Below, piece after piece: positions 10,506-22,335 of a stretch of DNA of 64,000 bases. The stretch comes from an uncultured delta proteobacterium (lineage in GTDB: Bacteria; Desulfobacterota; Binatia; UBA9968): NCBI GenBank assembly GCA_963737905.1, contig CAVTUQ010000002.1, forward strand, positions 288,001 to 352,000, written 5' to 3'. The notes beneath the pieces are model-generated. The model worked only from the letters and a program-made list of their open reading frames with translations, did not search any database and was not told the DNA's origin. Each line of letters opens with the position of its first letter. The first letter of the stretch is position 1. A program made the translations under genes and the position numbers.

Positions 10506-13500
10506 GGCTGCCCTCTCAAATGAATCAAGTCGCCGATCTGATCGCGTGATTTGCGTCGCGCCCGTCGCTCCTGGTTCGGACCGCACACCGGCAGGAAATT
10601 GCAAAACGAACAAGCTCTTTCTGCCGGGGCCGGCGGCAGCATGCCCAGCTCCACCGACCGGTCGATAATTTCCAATGCTTCGACGCCCATGTCGCGGCTC
10701 CGCTCATTGATGGGAACATTGTGTTCGGTGAACCCGCCTGCGGTGGTGCAATATGAAAAGCGTGCACTCTCTACGGTGCATCCGGTCGCTGCTTCGACCG
10801 CCAGACTGTAGATCACCGGCTGGAGCTGTTGACCATGGCCAATGATCGATCCGCGCTCCGAGCGATTTTTCGATGTCTTGTGGTCGGTGACTCTAAGAAT
10901 CTTCGTGCCGGTCTTCCGCTCGATGAGATCGATAGCGCCCCGCAAGATGAAGCGGCCGTCGATGGTCACCGGTTCGCGCCGGCTGTTCGGGTCGCGGCCG
11001 GGCGCATCGGGCAGACCGAAGCCAAACTCAAACAGCCAGGGCTCCCATCCGGTGCTCTCGGCGAGGTCCCGGGCCCAAATGTGCAGATCGGTGCGGATAC
11101 CGGCAACTTCGTCCTGCCATACCCGGTCTACTGCCGGCGCGAGCAGCTCGGCGTAGTTTGCCGCGACTCTCGATAAGGTGGCGTCAAGAATCTCGAGCAC
11201 CCGACCCATCGGCGTCGTCGCCAGCGCCATTTTTTGCTGCTGCAAGCCACGAAAGAATTCCGCCAGCACCTCATGAAACAAGCTCCCTTTCGTCAGAGGA
11301 TCCATGCGCTCGAGCGGCTCGGGTTCCTCCAGCGGTTCCAGGCGATAGAGAGCCGACAGCAGGAATCGATAGGGACAGTAAGCGTAATTCTGCAGCGCCG
11401 AGACAGAGTACGGTCGCGCGCCGAGCCGCTGGGACTGGAGAAACGGCCGCGTGGCATCCGTGACCCGGACCAGCCCGTCATACTCCGACCATCGTGGCCG
11501 TCGCTCGCGCCCAACGCTCGCTGGCCGAGCGCCGGACATAATCGTTCAGCCGGAGCAGGTAATGCGCGTGGCCTTTCACGTCTTGATCGCTGCGCATCAA
11601 GAGGCGTAGCACCGACAGGTCATGCTCGAAGTCGTCGATGGCGTCTTCGGGGCGCTGAGGCGCCGGCCATGCGAGGCTCGCATTGGCTTCTTCCGAAGCT
11701 TCGAGCTCGAGCTGTCTGATGGTCGGGGACGCGGCCGGTCACAGCGCGCATGACTTCGAGCGCATAGAACGACGGGACCCGCGCGCGGGCCTCCGCGGTC
11801 TCGATGCGCGGGAACGAGACATACAACCGTTCCGTCGCCACGCCGACCGCGAGGCGCAGCAACAGCCGTTCATGCTCAGCCCGATCGTCTTGCAGGGTTA
11901 GCGCGCCGCCAACTTCGCGCCGGAGATCGTCCAACAGGAGCGGATCTTCCCGGAGCTTTTGCGGGAACAGGCGCTCGGCCAGGCCGGGCACGAATCCGAC
12001 GCGGAATGCGCGGCCGCGAACTTGCTCTGGATTGCAGACCAACACCCGGCCGTACCGATGCGCGGGCGGCTCGACTTCCAGCGCGGCCAGGCGATCGGCG
12101 AGCACGTCGCGCACTTCGGTCAGGCTCACCGGTCCCACAGCAGCCATGGGACGGAGATCGGCAAGCACGCGCAGCACGAATTCGGGGCGCCGAAGCACCT
12201 GCGGCGCAAATTTCTCGAGGCGCTCGATCCAATCGCCCCACGCGGCCTCCTTCGGCCAAGCGGACATCGCTTCGATGAGCGGCAGTGCGAAACTTCGGAG
12301 GTTCGTAAGATTCTGCCGCTCGCGCTCCAGGCGAGGAATGCGCGGGGAATCGGGCTCGTCGGAGGTCAACTCGCGGATCTTTAGGTCGTATTCCGCCGCC
12401 AGCCCATTTAACCGTCGCGTCCAGCGATCGCTGCCACCGATGACTGCGGATTCGACGAGCAAACTTTCCCATTTCCACGGCGCTCTGAGGGTACCGGCCA
12501 CCACAGCCTGGTCGCCATCTATATTAGCGGCGGATTCTTGTTTGTCGTCACCGCCGCCGTCATTAGATTCGTCCGTCGTGCGTTCGGAGAGGATACCGAA
12601 GACGTCGTCGCGTGAAGCCACCCACGTCGCATTGCCGGAACCGGCCGGAGCCTTGGCGGGACCATTCAGCGACGGCACCTGGGCAAGCGAAAGATATTCG
12701 GCGAAGCGTTTGGCGGAGAAATTTTCGACAGCGCAACTCAGCATGGCGAGAAAGGCTCGACCTGTGGGATCAGGACGGCGGGTGCCACGATCGAAGTACG
12801 CGGGGATCCCTGCCCGGGCTAAGGCATGCTCCAACAAGCCGACGTACTGCTGGGTCGAGCGGATGACGATCGCCATCTCGTCGAAGCGGACCCCGCGATC
12901 GGCTTCTTTCAGGATCCGTCGCGCGACCTCGACACATTCGCGCCCTTCGCCGGGCGCCGAAAACCATGCCATTTCACCCGTGCGGGTTCTCTCCGGCGGC
13001 GGCTCTTTTGAAAACAGATAGCGCGCAAGCTGGGTCAGATCGTTCTGGTCGGTTTCCTCTATTTGCTGGAGGCGCACGCCGCGCTTCTCCAACTGGCTCA
13101 GCGCAGATGCGTCGCCTGCCGGTACCGTAATCATTACCTGCGGCGACTGCTGGACGAGCGCCCAGAGAAACTTCGCTTCGGTCTCCGATTCGAAAGGAAC
13201 ATCGAGCAGCAGCAGCGGCATCGGGGGCCAGCCGGTCACCGGCGAGCCCAATGCCCTGGTTGCGGTCTCGAACAACGCAGCCCGATCGCTGGCGCCGGCC
13301 TCGCTGAGGAGCGCGTCAGCGCGATCCAGCAAGGCGGCGAGATCACTTCCGCTGCGCGGCAGTCTGACCAAATCACCGCTGGCTGCAGCGGCAAGTCTCA
13401 AGTCCAAGAGCGTACGCGCCAGCGCTTTCGGAAACCCGGGCGTCTGGGACACGGGCGAGAAATACTGGAGTGCGTCATCGCTGCGCGCCTCGAACGCCGC

Positions 13501-13792
13501 GCGCGTCGCGACCGCTTCATGTCCCAGCGCCGTGGTGGGAGCGCGTTCGCGAGCGGCCAATTCAATAACGGCGAGCCGGGCCGCGAGTTGCGTGAAAGAG
13601 AGTCGATGGAGTCCAAACGCCGCGCCTCTTTCCAGCGCAATCGCGCGCGCGAGATCGTCCACCGAGCCGCGTGAAGCGCCGAGGAGCAGCACCTCCGCGT
13701 CGGGCTCGAACTGATCGAGAAACCGCCGAGCTTCGCCGCAGGCGCACCGCCGCCGACCCCGATTGAACAGCGGTAACAAGAGAATCGTTCAC
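10502..13792 (-). CDS. addB: AddB/AdnA-like inactive helicase + PD-(D/E)XK nuclease with Fe-S cysteines (three frameshifts)
   Basis: ORFs 11620-13779 and 10502-11539 join after removing single extra bases at ~13740, ~11715, ~11501; CPYRF, RGAIDLIE, DHKT, CSFCNFLPVC; ATGA overlap with addA. Confidence 0.8.
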
Positions 13793-14023
13793 CGTATGTC
13801 GAACAGACTTTGTGCAGACATTTGCGAAACTTGCGATCATCTATCGCATTCGAAGCTTCCTTGTGAAACAGAATAATCTAACACACTCCGGCCCGGTTGG
13901 TCATCTGACGGGAAATCGCATTGTTCTGCTGAGAAACTTGACTCATTGCCGCGAGCAGCGTTATAGGTGCCGAGTTAATTTTGATTGAGCCGACAATACT
14001 TCAACTTTCGGAGGAACGATTAG

Positions 14024-14444
14024 ATGGAATGGAAAGAAGCACTTCCCCTTTTGCAAGGGAATCACACCGCTGTCGCGATCAGCGTCACGCCGAAGGGCAC
14101 GGGCGCAGTCGACCATTGTCTCTACGGCAGTGCTCGACGGTAAGGTCGCGTTCGCATCGCGACCGCGCACCGTAAAGCTCAAGAACATCGAACGGACAGG
14201 CCGAGCGACGGTCACCGTCATCAAGCTCGATACCCGGCGCTACGTCACCGTCGAGGGCCCTGCGTCCATCGAGCCTTGGCAAGATACGTCGGCACACATC
14301 AAGCGTCTGAAGGATCTCTACGTTGGCATGGGCCGAGCCCCCAAGGGCGACGAGGAATTTGCCAAGCAAATGCGGGAGGAACAGCGAAGCCTGGTTCTCG
14401 TCACGCCCGAGCGCGTCTACGGCAGCCTCCGATCAGGCGCCTAA
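14024..14444 (+). CDS. PPOX-class / pyridoxamine 5'-phosphate oxidase-like (F420-type) protein, frameshift ~14099
   Basis: GGAGG then MEWKEALPLLQGNHTAVAISVTPKG-(+1)-RAQSTIV...KLKNIERTGRATV...YVTVEG...EQRSLVLVTP. Confidence 0.7.
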
Positions 14445-14533
14445 CGAGTTGAGTCGTAGATGGTCTTGAACGTCTGAAACGATTTGAACGCTCGATGTCG
14501 CTCCGTCGCTGAGTCAACGCAATCCTGGCCGAC

Positions 14534-15640
14534 CTACAACACAACTTTCTGCCGCTGCCCGGTCTGTGAAGCGCGCACGATGGTGTCCAACATCCGGTGG
14601 CGTCGCACCGCGTGATCGAAGTCGGGCTCGATGTTCGAGCCGGTGCGTATCGCTTCGGCAAACTTGACCCACATCTGGCCCACTTCGTAGGCGGGACCGT
14701 CGTTGCGCACGGCTTCCGGCACCCGTTTGAATCGCTCCGGCACGGGCAACTCTTGCAGCGTCTTGTCGTCTTTGTGTCCGCCCCTGAGCTTCCGCTGGTG
14801 CTCCCCGCCGCCCTCGCCGCCGCCGATCATCGACAGCGTGCCCTCCTTGCCGTAGATCTCCAAGCGATGGCCGCTGCCGTGGTACGGATGCACGCCAGTA
14901 TAGGCGTTGACGATGGCGCCGTTTTCGAGCCGGCCCTGAACCACGACGTTGTCGGGCGAGGTGACATCCACGTATTTTTTCGTATCGGTCTCGAACCACT
15001 GCGGCACCTGCGTGCCGACGATGGCGGACACTTCGGTCAACTCGCCGACCACCATGCACATGGCGTCGAGCACGTGCCCGAACGTAATCGTCAGCGTGTT
15101 CGCCCCCAGGGTCACATCACGCTGCCAGGTGCGATCCGAGGGCCGGGTCAGCACACCGCTGCCCATTAGAATCATGTTCACCGCCAGCACCTGTCCGACG
15201 TAGCCTTGCTGGATCAGCTCGCGCATGTACAGATAAGCGGGTGACGCGCGACGCTGCAAGCCGACCATGGTGCGCACGTTTTTCTTGCGCGCCAGCGCTG
15301 CCAGTTCTTCGGCCTCTTTGGTATTCGCGCCGAGAGGCCATTCGCAGAAGACGTGCTTGCCCGCTTCAATGGCGTTTTTGCTAAGCCCATAGTGCGCCGG
15401 CACGCGCACTGCGACTACCACGGCCTCGACCTCCGGATCGGCGTTCAACGCTTTGTCGCTGCCGTACGCGCGCGTCACGCCGAACTTATCGGCCGCTGCC
15501 TGCGCGGTATCCGCATGCGCCGTGCACACGGCATAGAGCTCGGTTTCGGACAGGCCTTTCAGCGCAGGCACATGTGCACGGGGCCCCCATCTGCCGCCTG
15601 CTCCGATGAGGCCTACGCGTAATGGATTGGATTGCGTCAT
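14534..15640 (-). CDS. Gfo/Idh/MocA family oxidoreductase
   Basis: VGLIGAGG Rossmann motif, GKHVFCEWPL. Confidence 0.9.
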   Translation of the reverse strand: MTQSNPLRVGLIGAGGRWGPRAHVPALKGLSETELYAVCTAHADTAQAAADKFGVTRAYGSDKALNADPEVEAVVVAVRVPAHYGLSKNAIEAGKHVFCEWPLGANTKEAEELAALARKKNVRTMVGLQRRASPAYLYMRELIQQGYVGQVLAVNMILMGSGVLTRPSDRTWQRDVTLGANTLTITFGHVLDAMCMVVGELTEVSAIVGTQVPQWFETDTKKYVDVTSPDNVVVQGRLENGAIVNAYTGVHPYHGSGHRLEIYGKEGTLSMIGGGEGGGEHQRKLRGGHKDDKTLQELPVPERFKRVPEAVRNDGPAYEVGQMWVKFAEAIRTGSNIEPDFDHAVRRHRMLDTIVRASQTGQRQKVVL

Positions 15641-15813
15641 TGCTTTCCTCTTCCGGGCTGAGTTTCAAGTCTGGCTTAAACAGTGAATACGCTATCGCTA
15701 AGCCAGCGAGTCGTCAATCGCAATTGCCTGGAACAAGGATTGGTTCACTCCACGATCGCTATGGAACCATTGGAACATTTGGAACGGCTGGAACCACTTG
15801 ATAAGACATAGTT

Positions 15814-16903
15814 ATGGATCTTCCTGTGAACCCGCCGGTTTTGCCGATGCTCGCCAAGCGGGTCGGCGAATTACCCGTAGGCGGAACATGGATCTACGAA
15901 CCGAAATGGGATGGGTTTCGTGCCCTGGTTTTTCGCGACGGGGATGAGATCCTGATCCAGAGTCGCGACGAAAAATCGCTGAACCGCTACTTTCCGGAAC
16001 TGCTCGAGCCGCTCCGCTCCCAGTTGCCCGCTCGCTACGTGCTCGATGGTGAAATCGTCGTCGCAAAGAATAGCGCGCTCGACTTCGATGCCCTGCAGCT
16101 CCGTATTCATCCTGCTCAGTCGCGGGTGAAGCTCCTTTCACAAGAAATCCCGGCATCGATCGTGTTCTTCGATCTGCTCAGCGAGGGGGACCGAGATCTG
16201 CGGGGTATGGCGTTCCAAGATCGTCGACGCATGCTGGAGTCGCTGCTTTCATCCGCAGCGCCGCCCATACACCTGACGCCCGCAACCGACGAATTGAACA
16301 TAGCGGCGGACTGGTTTCGTCGCTTCGAGGGCGCCGGTCTCGACGGCGTCATCGCCAAGCCGGTTTTGGGAACCTACGAACCCAATAAGCGCGTGATGCT
16401 CAAGATCAAGCACGAGCGCGAGTGCGATTGTGTCGTTGCCGGCTTTCGCTGGCATAAAAAAAACGATGCGCAGGGCGGTTGGCTCACTCCTGCTCGGCCT
16501 TTTCGACGACTCCGGCGCGCTGCAGCATGTCGGCGTCTGCGCAAGCTTCACGGAAAAAAAACGCCGCGAGCTCGTAGAATTCCTTGCACCGTACCGCCAG
16601 GACGCTCTCGCCGCTCACCCTTGGAAACATTGGGCCGAGCAAGCACCAGCGAGCGGTGAAGCCGAGCATCGCATGCCTGGTGGCCAGAGCCGCTGGAGCC
16701 AGGGCAAGGACTTGTCCTGGGAGCCGCTACGCCCCGAACTGGTAGTCGAAGTCGCTTACGATCACATGCAGGGCAGCCGCTTCCGTCACACCGCGCAATT
16801 TCGCAGGTGGCGCACGGACAAGAAGCCGAGCGACTGCACGTATGACCAGCTCGAAGTCGTTCCACCCGAAGAGCTGGCGGCGATTTTCACCGGCGGTCGC
16901 TGA
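15814..16903 (+). CDS. ligC: ATP-dependent DNA ligase, LigC type (frameshift ~16455-16474)
   Basis: PMLAK, YEPKWDGFR, LDGEIV, GLDGVIAK; OB domain VGSLLLGL...LRPELVVEVAYDHM...RFRH in the next frame. Confidence 0.85.
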
Positions 16904-16917
16904 CCTCCAAAGTGTCG

Positions 16918-17041
16918 GTTCAAAACGTTCAAGCGTTCAACCGCTGCGCTCCGTTCAAACCGTTTTTCGGAGCCCCCGTGCACGCGGTGGAAGATGAAGA
17001 AGGGGGTTGAACGATTTGAACTGTTTGAACGACTTGAACCC
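16918..17041. repeat. Inverted pair of 9-mer (TTGAACNNN) tandem arrays, REPIN-like, between convergent genes
   Basis: GTTCAA units 16918-16960 face TTGAAC units 17008-17039. Confidence 0.75.
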
Positions 17042-18337
17042 TTATCTGCGCCATTCACGCGTTGGATCGTCATCCGGATCGGGCGTTTCTTGCGGCGGGC
17101 GCAATTCTTCCGGCACATTTCGAAGGTTCACTCGGATGCGGGTCCAGGTGGACGACCTGCCACGCATAGAGTCGACCAGCACGTCATCCACGGCGAGAAG
17201 CGCCGCCACTTCTGGATGCTTACTCTTCCACCTTTCGAGACCGGCGAGGGCCGCTTCTTTGTCCGGCGAGTTCGCGACCACCAAAAGCGGCGCCCTGATC
17301 CGTGGCTTCTTCACGGTGGTTTTCTTAACCGCAGAGCGGGCGCGCGAAGGGGCCACGCGCGGTGCTTCGCCCTCCATCTTACGAAAGTGTGGCGGCCAGG
17401 GGGCGTCACCGAGACCCGCCGCCTCGTCTTCCGCCGCCAGCTCGAGCAGCTTTTCGAGCGAACCGGACGCGCCGTCGATGCCTAGGTGCGGATCACCGGA
17501 CGCCGCGAAGCGCTTGGGAACCGTGAGCACCGTGAAGTCGGCCGGGTCGCAGTCGGGAACCTCATGCCAGTGAAGCGGCGTGGACACACGGGCGTCGGGA
17601 AGCGGGCGCACGGAATAGGCAGAGCACGTCGTGCGATCCTTCGCATTCTGGTTGTAGTCGAGGAACACGCCGTGACGCTCCTCCTTCCACCACTTCGAGC
17701 TCGCCAGGGCTGGTGCGCGCCGCTCGACCGCGCGCGATAACGCGAGCGCCGCGCGGCGCACCTCGACGAACGTCCAGCGCGGTTCGATCCGCACATTCAC
17801 GTGCATTCCCCGTGAACCGCTGGTCTTGGGCCAGCCGCGAAGCCCCATCTCCTCCAGAAATGATTTCACCTCGAGAGCAACGCGACGCACGTCCTCCCAG
17901 CCGACGCCAGGACCAGGATCGAGATCGACGCGCAATTCGTCCGGATGCTCAAGATCGCCGGAGCGCACGGGGTGCGGATGGAGCTCGATGCAGCCCAGGT
18001 TCACGATCCACGCGAGCCCCGCGGCGTCATCGACGACGACCTCCTCCGCTTTACGGCCCGAAGGGAATGACAGCGTAACGGTTCGCAACCACAGGGGTCG
18101 CTGGGCGGGCGCCCGTTTCTGATAGAATGGCTGGCCTTCGGCACCGTCGACGAAGCGCTTGAGAACCAGCGGACGATCCCGGATGCCAGCGAGAGCGCCC
18201 GGCGCCACCGACAGATAGTAGCGCACGAGATCGAGTTTCGAGAGCTTCGTCTGCTTGGAAAAATACGGCTTGTCCGGATGGGTCACCCGGACTTCGCGTT
18301 CGTCGATCGACAGAACCTCGACTGTGTCATCCTTCAT
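17042..18337 (-). CDS. LigD-type primase-polymerase (Prim-PolC-like) with C-terminal extension
   Basis: THPDK, KLDLVRYY, FYQKRAP, ELRVDLDP, KTSGSRGMH, FLDYNQN, SAYSVR. Confidence 0.88.
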   Translation of the reverse strand: MKDDTVEVLSIDEREVRVTHPDKPYFSKQTKLSKLDLVRYYLSVAPGALAGIRDRPLVLKRFVDGAEGQPFYQKRAPAQRPLWLRTVTLSFPSGRKAEEVVVDDAAGLAWIVNLGCIELHPHPVRSGDLEHPDELRVDLDPGPGVGWEDVRRVALEVKSFLEEMGLRGWPKTSGSRGMHVNVRIEPRWTFVEVRRAALALSRAVERRAPALASSKWWKEERHGVFLDYNQNAKDRTTCSAYSVRPLPDARVSTPLHWHEVPDCDPADFTVLTVPKRFAASGDPHLGIDGASGSLEKLLELAAEDEAAGLGDAPWPPHFRKMEGEAPRVAPSRARSAVKKTTVKKPRIRAPLLVVANSPDKEAALAGLERWKSKHPEVAALLAVDDVLVDSMRGRSSTWTRIRVNLRNVPEELRPPQETPDPDDDPTREWRR

Positions 18338-18495
18338 AACTGAATCAGGCTGCCCTCAGCATTGAGCCCATGCCCTTACATGTTAACAATTCCGCTTAAT
18401 TGATCCAGTTCTCTTCTCATCTGGGTCGAACCCGATCCCCCTTGGCAACTTTCTGGCTGCTTTTGGATTGGTCTCTTCCCTGGGGAGAAGGGCTG

Positions 18496-18570
18496 GTGAA
18501 ATTCTGGGACACCTCGGCGATTGTCCCACTCCTGATCTCCTTCGATAGCCAACTGGCCAGCATCCCCTAA
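18496..18570 (+). pseudogene. Internally deleted VapC/PIN toxin remnant
   Basis: GTG start MKFWDTSAIVPLL (typical PIN N-terminus) fused directly to SFDSQLA (PIN C-terminal motif). Confidence 0.55.
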
Positions 18571-18717
18571 ACGACTGGAACGTCTTGAGCGTTTGGAACG
18601 ATTTGAACATAAATTTCGGGTTGCTAGGACAATCGTTGGCTCTGCCGATTGATCATGTGGTAGATTGCCCTCCTCGACGATAAAATCTGATATGGATGTG
18701 GGACAAAGAGGTGAATC

Positions 18718-20112
18718 ATGGGCGCCACTGCGAAAATTGCCGGGTTCATCGTAGACACCGGCTACGAGGACATACCGCGCGACGCCGTGGAGAAGGCCAA
18801 GCGCACGGCGCTCGACTGTCTGGGAGCCGCGCTGGCCGGCGTTGTCGAGCCGGTCAGCCAGACCATCACAGGTTACGTAACGAAGCTCGGCGGGCCGTCC
18901 CAGGCATCCGTATTTGGCTCCGGCCTTAAAGTTTCGGTTCAAGACGCTGCCCTGGCCAACGGTGTCGTTGCCCACTCCCTGGACTACGATGACTGTGGTG
19001 TGAAGATCGGCCACCCCAGCGTCCTGGTTCTCCCCGCCTTGCTGAGCCTCGGCGAGCATCTCGGTGCCTCGGGCCGGGATATACTCACTGCCTACATCCT
19101 GGGCCTTGAGGTCGAGGGCAAGCTGGCGCTCCACGCCGACTTCAAGCTCATGCAGGCACGATTGAACCACCAGACCTGGTACGGTTCCATCGGGGCGGCT
19201 GCCGCCTGCGCCAAGCTGCTGCGGCTGGATGTCGCCAAGACCAGAATGGCATTGGGCATCGCCGCTAACTTCGCATGCGGCCTGTCGGCGAATCACGGCA
19301 GCATGGCCGGCGCAATGGCGGCGGGCAACGCCTGCCGCAACGGCGTGACTGCCGCGCTCATGGCTCAGGAGGGAGTCACGGCCAACCCCAATATTATCGA
19401 GGCGAAGAACGGCTTCTACGACACGCTGGTCGGCGCGGGCCACTACGACGCGGAGCGGATGGCGGACGGTCTGGGCAAGCCTTTCTATATCGAGTCTCCG
19501 GGCATCGGGTTAAAGAAGTATCCAAGCTGCTATCACACCCATCGGGCGCTGGACGGAGTGTTCCAGTTGTTGGGAGAGCACCGCCTTAGCGATAAGGACA
19601 TCGCCGAAGTCGACGTAGGCACCTCGGAGCGGGCCATGCGCGTACTCGCCTTCTCCGAGCCCGAAACGCCCTACCAGGCCAAGTACAGCATGCCTTACTG
19701 CATTGCCGCCGCGGTGGTGGATCACGAAGTGACGCTCGACACTTTCACAGATCACAAGATGGAAGATCGCGGCATCGTCGAGGCCAGGAAGAAAGTTCAC
19801 CTTTCATTCCCTGATGTCCCCATCTGGCCCGGCTTGGCGGACGTCGGCCCGGATACCGAGTTCGTAGGTAATCCGGTGACTATTCGGACGACGGATGGGA
19901 GAAGCTACAACGCACGGGTGGACATACCTCGGGGTGACCCCGCTCAGCCGCTGACTGACAACGAACTGCTATCTAAGTACCGCAACTGCGGACGCAGCCA
20001 GCTCCGCCCGGATGACATAGAGCGTAGTGTAGGCCTGGTTCTTGGGCTAGAGAGGGTGGCAGATATCGGGACGCTCATCGCTACTCTCAGATCGTCGTCG
20101 CGCAACGCTTAA
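18718..20112 (+). CDS. MmgE/PrpD family protein
   Basis: AALANGVVAHSLDYDD, HPS, KKYPSCYHTH, AKYSMPY. Confidence 0.92.
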   Translation: MGATAKIAGFIVDTGYEDIPRDAVEKAKRTALDCLGAALAGVVEPVSQTITGYVTKLGGPSQASVFGSGLKVSVQDAALANGVVAHSLDYDDCGVKIGHPSVLVLPALLSLGEHLGASGRDILTAYILGLEVEGKLALHADFKLMQARLNHQTWYGSIGAAAACAKLLRLDVAKTRMALGIAANFACGLSANHGSMAGAMAAGNACRNGVTAALMAQEGVTANPNIIEAKNGFYDTLVGAGHYDAERMADGLGKPFYIESPGIGLKKYPSCYHTHRALDGVFQLLGEHRLSDKDIAEVDVGTSERAMRVLAFSEPETPYQAKYSMPYCIAAAVVDHEVTLDTFTDHKMEDRGIVEARKKVHLSFPDVPIWPGLADVGPDTEFVGNPVTIRTTDGRSYNARVDIPRGDPAQPLTDNELLSKYRNCGRSQLRPDDIERSVGLVLGLERVADIGTLIATLRSSSRNA

Positions 20113-20191
20113 GATCAGAACACCCCGCCGTTGACGTCGTTTACGAGAAGCCAGCCCTCTCCAACTCCGGCATTCGCCTCATAATACTTTG

Positions 20192-20536
20192 CTATTTGCC
20201 GTCGTCGAGGCTGACGACAATGATGGCGTTGGCAATCAGCCAACCGTCGTCGCCCTTTTCGTTCAGCACCTGTAATCCGCCGTGGACCACGTTGATATGG
20301 CCACCGCCGTGGGGCAACGTTTCCAGCACGGCTTGGCGATCCACCGCCTCCGGCTTGGGCACGCCGATGGTTACATCCACTCGCATATCGTCGGCGGTTT
20401 TGCCCACCAGCCGCGGAAATCCCAAGCTGCTGTGATGAATCGCATCGAACACCGCCCGCTTGGCGGCATTCGTGTAATCCAATCCGTGAACATCCACTCC
20501 CATACCCATTTCTGTAACGCACCGTACCAAAGCCAT
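20192..20536 (-). CDS. Lin0512 family protein
   Basis: EMGMGVDVHG.DYT.AAKRAV.DAI, IGVPKPE; GGAGG RBS before ATG 20536. Confidence 0.8.
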   Translation of the reverse strand: MALVRCVTEMGMGVDVHGLDYTNAAKRAVFDAIHHSSLGFPRLVGKTADDMRVDVTIGVPKPEAVDRQAVLETLPHGGGHINVVHGGLQVLNEKGDDGWLIANAIIVVSLDDGK

Positions 20537-20821
20537 AGCTGTCACCTCCCATGCAAACGAAATCAGTTTCAGACGTTCCAAAGGTTCCAATCGTTCCGGA
20601 CAGTCGAGCGCGTACGTTTCAATGCTAAAACAAAGCGCTAAGCTGCTATGTCCCTCTATTTATGCGATGTCGTACCGTCGAATCAATACCGTGAGCTGGT
20701 CCTACACACCAGTCGAGTTAAGCACGTTTTGAACGATTTGAGCGGAGCGTAGCGGTTGAACGTCTTGAACACGCTCAGCCCTGAGCAACGCGGTGGACCG
20801 TCTGGAACGGGCCGCAGTATT

Positions 20822-21928
20822 TTAATCGCGAATGTCCTGCAGAAACCATTCCGTCGGAATCTCACGGCCGAGGCCCGCGTGCTTGGCCAACTCGTAAACT
20901 TTGCCGGCCACCCCATGGAACTGGGCGCCCTGCAGATTGCCGCGTTCCGAATAGGTGATCTGGTCCGGCGAGGTGCGCCCCTTCACCTTACCGGAGGCGA
21001 GATCGGCGAGCGTGACGCGCCGGTCCGGCAGCGAGTTGCCGTGCTTGCGGCGCCCGCGGCGACCGTCGCCGTACTTGGCTTGCTGCGGGCGCGCTTCATA
21101 GCCGATGTGCTCGGCATCGGTGGCGAGCTCGGGATGACCAACCGGCGCGGGCGTGTCGCCGAACCGCAGGTAGACGTCTACCCGCTTCAGGCTCTCGGCG
21201 TCCGGCTTGCCACTGCCGCCGACCACGACGATATGGGTGCCCTTCTCGAGCAGGGCGCCGTCGGTCACCTCGACCGCGGAATCGGTGAGAGCCGCCAAGA
21301 TGTGGGCGCCCTTGTAGACGTCTTCGGGGCGGTTGCACACCTTCACCTCGATGTTGTATTTCGCCGCCATCTCGCGGCCGAAGCGCTCGCGGTTCTCGCG
21401 CGTCGGGCTGAACACCTGCAGCTTCTCGATCTTGCGCACGCGCGTGAAAGCCTCCATATGCGTGCGCGCCATGCCGCCGGAGCCCAGGATGCCGACCACT
21501 TCCGCGTCCTTGTCCGCCAGGTACTTCACGCCGAGGCCGCCATCGGCGCCCACCCGCATGTGCTGCAGGTGGCCGTCATTGATGAAGGCCAGCAACTCGC
21601 CGTTCTCGATCGAGGTCAGCAGAATCAGGCCGCAGTAAAGCCCGGGGCGCATGCAGTATTTCTCCTGCGTCACCACACCTTGGTATTCGGTTTCATAGAC
21701 GATGTCGGACTTCATGCGGATGGCGAAATAGCCGGCGGTCGATCCTCCCTCCATCGTGCCCCACTGGTAGTTCCGGGCCGGATCGCTGGTGGGTATGCGG
21801 ATATCGATGCGCGGCCGGCAGACCGCCTCCCCGGCCGCGAGCTGCAGATACCCTTGTTCCAGCGCCGCAAGGGTGTCTTCCATCGTCAGCAGCTGTTGGA
21901 CCTCTTGGTTATTGATGATGAGTGTCAT
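20822..21928 (-). CDS. Ornithine cyclodeaminase / mu-crystallin family protein
   Basis: MR(V)GA..G, GILGSGGMAR, VFSPTRENR. Confidence 0.85.
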   Translation of the reverse strand: MTLIINNQEVQQLLTMEDTLAALEQGYLQLAAGEAVCRPRIDIRIPTSDPARNYQWGTMEGGSTAGYFAIRMKSDIVYETEYQGVVTQEKYCMRPGLYCGLILLTSIENGELLAFINDGHLQHMRVGADGGLGVKYLADKDAEVVGILGSGGMARTHMEAFTRVRKIEKLQVFSPTRENRERFGREMAAKYNIEVKVCNRPEDVYKGAHILAALTDSAVEVTDGALLEKGTHIVVVGGSGKPDAESLKRVDVYLRFGDTPAPVGHPELATDAEHIGYEARPQQAKYGDGRRGRRKHGNSLPDRRVTLADLASGKVKGRTSPDQITYSERGNLQGAQFHGVAGKVYELAKHAGLGREIPTEWFLQDIRD

Positions 21929-22091
21929 GGCGCACTTGCCTCTTCGGCCGGTGGTTTAATGCATCGGCCAGTTCAAATCGTTCAAGTCGTTCAACCGCTT
22001 TGCTCAGTTCAAATCGTTTAATGAAGCACATCGCGGAACTTCGATTAGCGGCGAATTTAAGCATTAAATTGCGGCGGCAGCCGTGTTCGGC

Positions 22092-22300
22092 CTATCCCCC
22101 CATCGGCGGCATTTTTGGAAATTTGGCCAGCGCCGGATTCATGTGGTCCCAAGGCTGGGCGCTGGCTGTGAAAATGTCCAGGGTCGCCTTATACTGGCTC
22201 GGGTCATCGAGCCTCCCGGCCGTGATCGTCGCGAGGTCCGATATAGCACTGGGTTTTCCGAACAAACTCGCACGCACTCGGGCAAAAACCGCGGCTCAAC
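22092..22300 (-). pseudogene. GFA (Mss4-like) family protein, C-terminal fragment
   Basis: Frameshifted RGFCP.C..SLF followed by AG.LDDPS....LDIFTASAQPWD; N-terminus absent. Confidence 0.6.
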
Positions 22301-22335
22301 GCTCCCCTTCTCTCACCCGACCGCAAGCCGCGCTT

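Noticed and set aside
11804-13021. 405-aa plus-strand ORF and similar long antisense ORFs (20756-22021, 21922-23418, 18376-19443) and alternative-frame ORF 33562-34797
   Set aside because: These are shadow frames of well-supported GC-rich genes, with Ser/Arg-rich or motif-less translations.
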